Assembly: GCF_009914755.1 (NCBI RefSeq)
Contig: NC_060934.1
Length of the DNA: 64,000 nt
Strand: one strand, 5' to 3'
From: the human T2T-CHM13v2.0 reference genome, Homo sapiens
Positions 55,985-64,000 of the stretch are shown here, in pieces. Every line of letters begins with the position of its first letter. The first letter of the stretch is position 1. The notes under the pieces were generated by a model. That model searched no databases. It had not been told where the DNA came from and saw only the letters and a list, made by a program, of their open reading frames with translations. The position numbers were made by a program, and so were the translations under genes.

Positions 55985-56158
55985 CGTGGTAGACAGAATA
56001 AATGCTCCACAAAGATGTCCTCATCCCTGGATCCCGTGGATCTGTTACCTTCTGCGGCAAAACGGATTTTGCAGGTGTGATTAAATGAACCACCTTGAGA
56101 TGGAGAGATTATTTTGGATGACCACGATGGGCCCAATTTAATCACTTGACCCCTTAAT
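55985..56158 (+). mobile_element. MLT1D/MLT1C-like LTR 5' fragment
   Basis: GTGGTAGACAGAATAA...CAAAGATGTCC...TGTTACCTT...GGCAAAA..GATTTTGCAGGTGTGATTAA...CTTGAGATGGAGAGATTAT. Confidence 0.8.
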
Positions 56159-57565
56159 TTAGAAATAGTGATGAACACATCAGTCAGACTCAACCAAACC
56201 AAACTAATGAGAAATGAAAAGCACCAGGAAAAATAAGAAAATTAAGAAAATGAGGATATGAGGATGCGACATGAGCCATCAATGGCAGGAGTAAGTTGTA
56301 CGGAAATGTGAATGTTTAACGTCGTTGGAAATGAAACCAGTGGATACATCAGCAGTAGGAACAAATAATTTATAGCATTTTCTTTACTCACTTTTGCCCC
56401 AAAATATCCATCTATTCAATGATATCAAAAGGAGAAGCCTGTCAAAATCTGAGAGATGTATCTGTGTAAGTCAGTTGAGCCTCCTGATAAGAAGTCCTGT
56501 AGAGATCCCATGTGTTATTTGCTGCCAGGGAAAAAAATGGCGAGGTCAATGCAGAAAGGCTGAGCATTGGAAACCCGTGTTTCTCAGAGTCCTGGTTGCA
56601 CTGGTCGGCCCTGTGACCGTTCTGGAAACCACACAAGCACGCATAGACAAGGGGGACACAGAGGTTCCCTGAGTGCTGGGAAAAGTGTTTCTCTGTCGAC
56701 ATGAAACTGTATTTCTAAAGAAGGCTGAAGAATGTGCTTCCTTAAAACAATTTGCTTCTTGCCATGTTTTTACCTACGTCTCTATGATCGTCCCTGGTAT
56801 CACACCAAATCATCCCACACACCATAAGCACCCGCAGCAGGCACCAAGCCCCAACCTGCAGCTGCTCTGCAGACGAGCTTCAGACAGGAGTTCAGGAAGC
56901 TGCGGTCTAGATTATGTGTGGCTGACACTTCTGCCTCACACGACACGCTGTTGGAGTTTCTCCCTAGGTGTCGAGCCTGAGAGATGATCAAAATCTGCCA
57001 AGAAACAGTTTATCTATCCTGCCCAGACAGATAAAGGCTTTGTCAACGTCCCTTGGATGGTTTAATCAGATGTCTTTGAATGTGCAAGAGAGAATAAAAT
57101 CTGCCTAATAAACATGTCTCGCTTAAAAACTCTGTAATAGCTCAATATTTGTTTCCTTTTCTTCCTTGGACTTTTTAAAATGCCTTTGAAAGCCTCTGTT
57201 TGAAGCGAGGATGCTGAAGTTTCCCGGCTCAGCGTGGGCCGCAGATGAGAGCAGAAGCCACTCTGCTGAGCCCACTCTCCTCTTTGGCCTGAGAGATAAG
57301 GCTCCATGGAAAGCCGCAAGCCAGCCTGAAATCTAAGAAGACGTGCAACTCAGAAGTGCCAGGCTAGGCTTCAGGAATGCTCTTAGGTTATTCATACGAA
57401 GACACAAAGATACAAAGAGTCCTCCTTATTCAGAAGGAATTTGGATGCATCAGTGTCACGAACAAACCAGTCCACGACCACGGCCACAAGGAAGCAGAGT
57501 GGACAGAAGATTTTTCCAAGGGATAGAGTGCTCCAGACGCTGGATATTTTGAAACCCAGAAAATC

Positions 57566-57782
57566 TTTTTTTTTTTTTTTTTTTGAGACAGAGTCTTGCT
57601 CTGTCACCCAGGCTTATCCTCCCTTAGTAGCTGGGATTACAGGCGCCCATCACCACATCTGGCTAATTTTTTGTATTTTTAGTAGAGACGGGGTTTCACC
57701 ATGTTGGTCAGGCTGGTCTCAAACTCCTGACCTCATGATCTACCCCCCTCGGTCTCCCAGGCATAAGCCACCACACCTGGCC
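57566..57782 (-). mobile_element. AluS with two internal deletions
   Basis: Jumps from CCCAGGCT to CCTCCC..AGTAGCTGG (about 70 nt missing) and from CTCCCA to GGCAT (about 16 nt missing). Confidence 0.9.
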
Positions 57783-57944
57783 CAAAAATTATCATTTCTA
57801 TGGTTTGCTTGTGTCCTTTTTCAAAAACCATAACCCCTCCTTCTTTAAAAAGAAGGTGAGTATTTTAAGGAAACTTCTTGAAGGTTAGAAGTGTCACAGA
57901 GTGCTTATAGCCTTTTTTCACCGACAAAAAAAAACCACACACAT

Positions 57945-58032
57945 GAGGTTGCAGTGAGCAGAGATCGTGCCACTGCACTTCAGCCTGGGAGACAGAGGGA
58001 GACCTTGTCTCAAAAAAAAAAAAGAAAAGAAA
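57945..58032 (+). mobile_element. Alu 3' fragment (end of right arm + poly(A))
   Basis: GAGGTTGCAGTGAGCAGAGATCGTGCCACTGCACTTCAGCCTGGG...GTCTCAAAAAAAA. Confidence 0.92.
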
Positions 58033-59751
58033 CTGCCCACATTGTGCATGGAAACGTGTGGCTGTCTCGCTGTTCACACTCATGTCCACAGGATCTCGGT
58101 GTTGGTCTGGAAGGCAATTGTGTGTGGCTGTTACACACAGGACCCTGTTTGTGGAGGCCACCACAAAAATATTTCTTTCTTAAACAAGTGTCCTTCGGGG
58201 CTAGCCATCAAGACGGAGAGGAGGCCGGGATATTTCACTGCATCCCGTGGACTTGCTGCACTTAGGACTTAGGTCCTGTGTGCCCTGAGCCCCTCATTGG
58301 TACAAGGGAAACACCTCCCAAGACTTCAGGGAGCAGCAGGTGGAATAATGAACGCAAACTCTCCAGCCAAGGCCTGGCTCCTGCGTGACTTCACTCTGAA
58401 AGTGGGATATCCATGTTTGCAATGTTTCTGTCCTTCACACACTTTCACAGGCCCAAAAGGGGGCCAGTTTCTCTAATATCTCATCTGAAATGATCTCTAC
58501 CTTCCCTGGCTCAGATGACCTGAATAACTTCTTCTGCCACTGTTTTGCTTTGTTTTGTTTTGTTTTTTGATTTACAATGACTTTTGGTACATTTTTTGCA
58601 TTGATTCACAAATCTCACAAATCTCCTTCTAAAACAACATTCCCTGGGAAAGGACACATTTATGAGATACTACCCTAGGCCACAATGACTCATGCCAACA
58701 ACCTGAAATTAATTGGCCTCTGTACATCTTTTTAATGTCATGCTTCTGCTCATTTGTGGATCTCTGCTTTGTACAATCGAAGCTGACCACCCCACCATCC
58801 ACACACACAGGAAGGAGCTCTGTGAGTGTATTCCCTTAATTGTACACACTGATTTTAAAACATGAATGCTTTTGCATAAAACGGCACAGACTTCTTGGCA
58901 GGGACTGTGCACTCCAGGTCTCAGCACCTGACCTCACACCTCCTCCCCTTGTCCTCTCCCCCTGGGAGGCTCTGAGATGTGATGCCTATTTTCCTTTTTT
59001 ATGCCTAGAAGAGACTGTGGGATGTAGCACATAGTTCCAATGCCAGTGAGGCATAGGCAGGTGCCACATGGGAGATTCTAGGGCATTTTTCTTTTCTGAT
59101 AAAGGTCAGTAAGATTGGCACCATCCCTCTCACTTCTGTCTTGAGTGTGGACAGGTGTCCTGGACAGGTAGGTGTCTGGATGCCACGAAGCACCAGGAAA
59201 GCACACCAAGTAGGGAGCGGGAGGCAGGAGGGCCCAGGGTATTCCTGGGGGAGCCCTACACAGTCCTGTTCTTATTTCAGCATCCCCCACACTTCCTGTT
59301 ACCTGTGCTGTCTGCAGAAGCTCTCACTGTCAGGTGTATTGCAGAAGCTCTGCCCAACAGGTATTTTGTTGTGTGCAGCCCGTGCATCCTGAGCAGAAAC
59401 AATGGCATTCAGTTATCAAGCAGGTGAGTCACCTCTTATTGGCCTAGAGGACATTTAGCAGTTTGTGCCTATTAGCAAGTTCATTCTGCATTCCGACTGC
59501 CTATGCGTACCTTGTGCTCCACGTGTGCTATTGAACGAGTTGATATCTTATGCTTCTCTCATTTATTGATGAGTTAAACACATTCTTTGACATGTGTTGA
59601 TTTTATTTTTACATGGAAGTCATATACCTCTAGGCTACCCTGTCACTCCGCACGCGTTTGGCCATAGAGTCTCTGTTTTTCAATTAATCTCTGCACTCCC
59701 CTGTACCTCAGGGCATGAAGCACAGCATCTCCCTTCAGAGCCTTTTCTCTC

Positions 59752-59830
59752 TGTGTTAGTTAGGGCTCTCCAGAGAAACAAAAACAATGACATAAAGAGA
59801 TAAATGGGTAGACAGGCAGACAGACAGACA
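59752..59830 (-). mobile_element. MLT2-like LTR terminal fragment
   Basis: TGTGTTAGTTAGGGCTCTCCAGAGAAACA matches the antisense MLT2 3' end. Confidence 0.6.
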
Positions 59831-61037
59831 GGAAGAACATCGGTTCTAACTTTCCTGTTCCACCCCCAATAAATGTGTTCTTTGTATATATGGCCATATA
59901 TCCATAGATTTTATATCCATCCTTCTTGATCTTTATTTGCAAACCATGGAGTCTGGTTATGGGGTAGCTTGAATTTGGGTTGCTAATATTTTTGTGAATG
60001 TAGAGACTCACTTCCTGACTAAGCACACCTGATCACTCGGACAGCAGAGGAAGCGGAACTAACCCCAGTGATGTTGTTCATTCTTTTCTTTGCTGCTTGA
60101 GGTGGATTCAGAGCTGGAAGGTGCTGCCAGGACAGGGAATTATTTGGTCTCCCCGCAGACATCACCTCCCAAGAGAAGGCTTCCCCACAAACCTTCCCAG
60201 CCACTCTCCTCTCACCCTATTTATTTTTCTTCTTATAATTTATCTGCTTAGGAAGGTGTGGCTTTATTTATTTGTCTGTAATCCTCTTATAAACTCCACA
60301 GAGAGAAGCTTTGTGCTGGTCCAAGCTATATCTCCAGTGTCCAGAAACATACCTGGCCTAAAAAAAACATATATTTGTTGACATAATGAAGAAACGAGTT
60401 TATCCCCTCAGTTCTTTTATTCTGCCTAAGACGTCAAAGGATGGGGTTCTTGCCTGTCCTCTGCCCTGCCCTATCCCTGCTAGATGTGTCCCATTTGTGC
60501 CTTCCCAGCGTACTTCTGATGGAGAGATGGCTTGTAGCCTGCCAGGTAAGTCACAGGTGTGAGATTAGATGGAATCAGCAAAAGGGATTTGTCCTGGGAA
60601 GCTCCACTCTGCAGCATCCAGGAGGGCCAGTCAGCCTCCAGTCAGAAAACAGAATCCATTCTAGGAATTCCAAAGGAGAATTGAATACAGGGCATTGGCT
60701 ATCGGGGTCATGTACAAGTGGAGAAGCCAAACAGCAGGGTGGTAACCCAGATGTTAGCCAGTTCACAAAGGCTTTACCACCCTGGGGATGGACGAGACGG
60801 AGGGAGGCAGGTGTGTTCTCAGGGTCCTGGAGCGGAAGCCTCAGTGGTTCTTCCAGATGGGGCCACATTCACAGTCTGGGGCCAAGGGGAGGCGTTGCCC
60901 AATGAAGAAGAGAGGAGGAACACCCTTTCAACTCCCCAGAAGTTCAACCCAAAAGGCGCCAGGAAAACAGAGCTCCCTGTAATTACCAAATTACATCTCT
61001 GGGGCAGAGATGACCAGGGAGCCGATCTGAAAGCAAA

Positions 61038-61157
61038 CCACGCAGGCACCTGCATGCAGGGCAGGGGACCCAGAACACCAGGCAGGCACCTGCACGCGGG
61101 ACAGGGGACCCGGAACACCAGGCAGGCACCTGCACGCGGGACAGGGGACCCAGCACC
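61038..61157 (+). repeat. Tandem repeat, 3 x 40 bp
   Basis: GCAGGCACCTGCA...CAGGGGACCC at 61042, 61082 and 61122. Confidence 0.95.
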
Positions 61158-63027
61158 GCAGTCATCTGATGGAGGAGGGCCACAGACTACAGGGCCACAG
61201 GGAAGGCAGAAAGGGAGGAGAACACGAAGCCTGGGCAGGGGAAATCTTCCCACCACCCACATGAGGCAACACTGGCAGAGTACGGGGTACCTCTTCCTCC
61301 CGGGTCTCAGGAGCATTCCCTTAGGCCCGGAGCTCTTTCTGGGAATGAAGTGAGCTTCCAAAGGACCTCAGCCAGGAGAGGCAGGACTCGAGATCCTGAC
61401 CGGCCAGCCCCTCCTCGGGCCTCATGGCAGTTGCCTGCAAAGCCCAGCCCTTTCCAAGAAAAAGTCCAGCTCCAACTGAGGAAGGCAGAGTAGGAAGGAA
61501 AGCAAAGGGAAGCTTCTTACAGCCCCACACCACAGAAATGCAGCTCTCAACAATAATTTACATGGAAAAGTTTAAACCAGGAGAGTAAACATTAACTGAA
61601 GAGGGGGAATGCCTGCCAGCAGCATAACTCCAGGCTTGGTTGCTAGCTTTGAACTGATGAAAACATCCCATGCTTTAGTCTAATTGATAAAGACAAAAAA
61701 AGAAAACTAAAAGTCCAGAGAATAAATATTAGCCAGGAATATTAATTGTACATTTGTGAAATAATTTCTAAATGGAAAGGTATTTGCAATGCGTAAAAAG
61801 TAAACAAAAATGTAAATCTTTAAAAAAAAAAAAAAAAGAGTGGTATTTCAGTAAGACCCAAGATCCTGGTATATGTTATGGTTATAAAAGTCTGGAGATC
61901 AAGTCCATATGGGCAAGTTTAAGAAATTAAATTTTGTAATCTATGTTGTTCTAAACAAAGAAATAAATAGTGACTAATCTGCTTTTTTCTGGGTTAGAAG
62001 ATTAATGGCCCAGCCAGGAGATTAAATTCTGAGAGGCCAGAAAAAGGTATTAATAGCCATTTTGAGGTGAAAAGCATCAAAGTCAAGAGTCAAGACTGGT
62101 CTAAGATTCAAATAAAGTGAGAACATGAAATAATATTGTTACTGTATATTGCTGTTGCTATAATTGCAGCTTGTTTATAGGGATTGGTCAGTGGGCAGTA
62201 GTTGTTCTTATGGAAAAATTGTGTTAGAGGAAAAAATAATCATCGTAGAAGTCAAATATCCTGTCTTCTATTCCTACTTGTACACGTTCACTTTTATGTG
62301 GTAATTATCTCCCTGATTTCAAAAATAGAGCGAACCTTCATTCAACCAAAAGTAATTAACTTGGCTCAGTTTAGAGCTACATTGAGCTTTGCCTTTCTTA
62401 GCAAGAACTTTGTTTCACATAGAGCCTGATGAATGATGAAATTCACCAAAGACAAGGTTTAAAGAACTTAAAGAGAAAATGTTTTGCAAGTATCTTGAAG
62501 TATTACAGAGCAATTGATGTGTACAGATATCTTTGAAATCCTTATCAATATCAGCCTTCTCATCTTATCAGAGCAGATCCCCAGATCCATCATTTCTGGG
62601 ACCACATCGTGTAAGCTTCCTGTAGGTTGTGACACGCACTTGAAAATAATAAGGCAGCTGGAAAAATAAACAAAGTAGCATTTCCTAATTCAGACTAGTC
62701 TTTTCCCACCTTATTGCAGATTAATAAAATCCTACTGTGTGAGTCATATGAGAAGAAGTTCATCTTTATTCATTCAGTATTAACAAGTGCTTGTGGAGCT
62801 AGTGAGCTCACACTCATGGAAGGAACCTGGAAGCTGGCGCCTCTCAAGAAGGAAAGGAAGCATGGCTGTTGGGTACACACCGTAACCATTTCCTTATCCA
62901 TAAATAAGAATAACAGTGAAATTGGTTGCCCGTGGATCGACAGGCATTGTCTTTAAGGAACAAGGGTAACAGCAGAGAATGCACACGTGAGGCCATGACA
63001 TGATATAACGACGCCATGGACGGAGAC

Positions 63028-63094
63028 CTCTCTACCCCTCTACCCCTCGACCCCTCAACCCCTCGACCCCTCTACCCCTCTACTCCTCTACTCC
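63028..63094 (+). repeat. 8-bp tandem repeat (CCCCTCTA / CCCCTCGA), about 8 copies
   Basis: Direct reading. Confidence 0.9.
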
Positions 63095-63586
63095 CACCTC
63101 TGGTGGGCTGGGTGAATCCTAACGTGCCAGGCAGGGACAGCCCTGCAGGAGACAGGAGGCAGTTCCAGCACCTCTCCCTCTCCGTGCTCCCACGCAGACC
63201 ACCTTTGCTTTCAGATCAGCGCCCTGGTCTTCTCTGCCTCACTCTGAAATTACAGGGAGCTCTGTTTTCCTGTTCTCCTCTCGGGAAAACACTGGAAGGT
63301 TGGAATCCCTGGAGGAGGTGGGGGATCCCTGAATGTAGCGGCGGCTGTTCCGAGGGCATGGCGCTTCATCCTCCAGCAGGTGGGCTCCGGGTGGGAGTGC
63401 TGCCCGCTTCCCAGCTGGGAGGAAGCCTCCCCCGGCAGCGCTCCTTGTGTGTCTAGGAGTCCTGGCCTCACTAGTTAATACCACTGCTTGGAAGGTTGCC
63501 AAGGAAGTCAACCTACTGGTGAGGACCACAGATGATGGAGACCAAGCGGCCTTAGGAGAAACTGAGTCCTGCATGCAGCAGCCACG

Positions 63587-63661
63587 TGGCCCTGGGCACC
63601 ATCTGTGGCCCTTGGCACCATCCATGGCCCTGGGCACCATCCATGGCCCTGGGCACCACCC
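63587..63661 (+). repeat. Tandem repeat, 4 x 19 bp (TGGCCCTGGGCACCATCCA)
   Basis: Units start at 63587, 63606, 63625 and 63644. Confidence 0.95.
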
Positions 63662-64000
63662 GACATCCCTCTCCCTGCCAATGGCCTCTCCAGCTCTCTC
63701 TACACACCTGCCTTGTACTCTTGGGGCCTGGAAGTGTCCTGATATCATGCTCCCTCTGCCATGCCCCTCATTCGCTCTTTCCACAGGAACAGACAGGAAG
63801 TGTGTGCATGGAGCACTTCCTGTCTGCTCCACACTAAGGAAGAAGCAGGCGGCTGCATTGGCATGCTCCCTGCCCTCGTGTGGCTCAGCCATCCTCCTGC
63901 CTGCTGGGTCCTCGCCCAGTAGGGGCACCCCCGTTCTTCATTGCTCAGCTCAGTCCCCACTGACTCAGGGAAGCTTCCTATGGCTGCCCTGCAGGGCAGG

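Noticed and set aside
60718-61361. 211-aa and 180-aa overlapping ORFs
   Set aside because: GC-rich, includes the 40-bp repeat, open on both strands, and no recognisable domain.
63239-63928. 229-aa - strand ORF
   Set aside because: GC-rich chance frame that includes the 19-bp repeat, with no homology that I recognise.
63370-63930. CTCF-like motifs (CCAGCAGGTGGGC, CCAGTAGGGGCAC)
   Set aside because: Each needs an indel in the core to fit the consensus, so they are too weak without data.

Overview
Primate, most likely hominid/human, non-coding genomic DNA. Dimeric Alus of the J and S classes, a very young L1PA2-type 3' end with a perfect TSD, THE1/MST/MLT MaLR LTRs and a MADE1 all point to this. 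I find no credible protein-coding exon, RNA gene or CRISPR array: the long ORFs are read-throughs of tandem repeats, or Alu/L1/LTR-derived or GC-rich chance frames. The first ~10.6 kb is AT-rich, with a 3.3 kb old L1 and an ancient full LTR-internal-LTR MLT1 element. From ~13 kb the sequence is patchily GC-richer and dense in minisatellites (31-, 57-, 53-, ~267-, ~200-, 40- and 19-bp units), which suggests a subtelomeric-type region. The most notable items are: (i) a 15 x 31-bp VNTR in which most units carry overlapping metal-response-element cores on both strands; (ii) an ancient templated insertion copied from 5.3 kb away, flanked by a ~28-bp duplication and datable by nested Alus; (iii) a candidate AG|GTGAGT recursive splice site plus an apparent + strand excess of consensus 5' splice sites; (iv) a minisatellite built from GTCACATG E-boxes; (v) a rearranged THE1 insertion whose single TSD spans two LTR pieces and a foreign filler. 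Repeat subfamily names come from memory of consensus sequences, and boundaries of old elements are approximate. All functional claims are untested inference.
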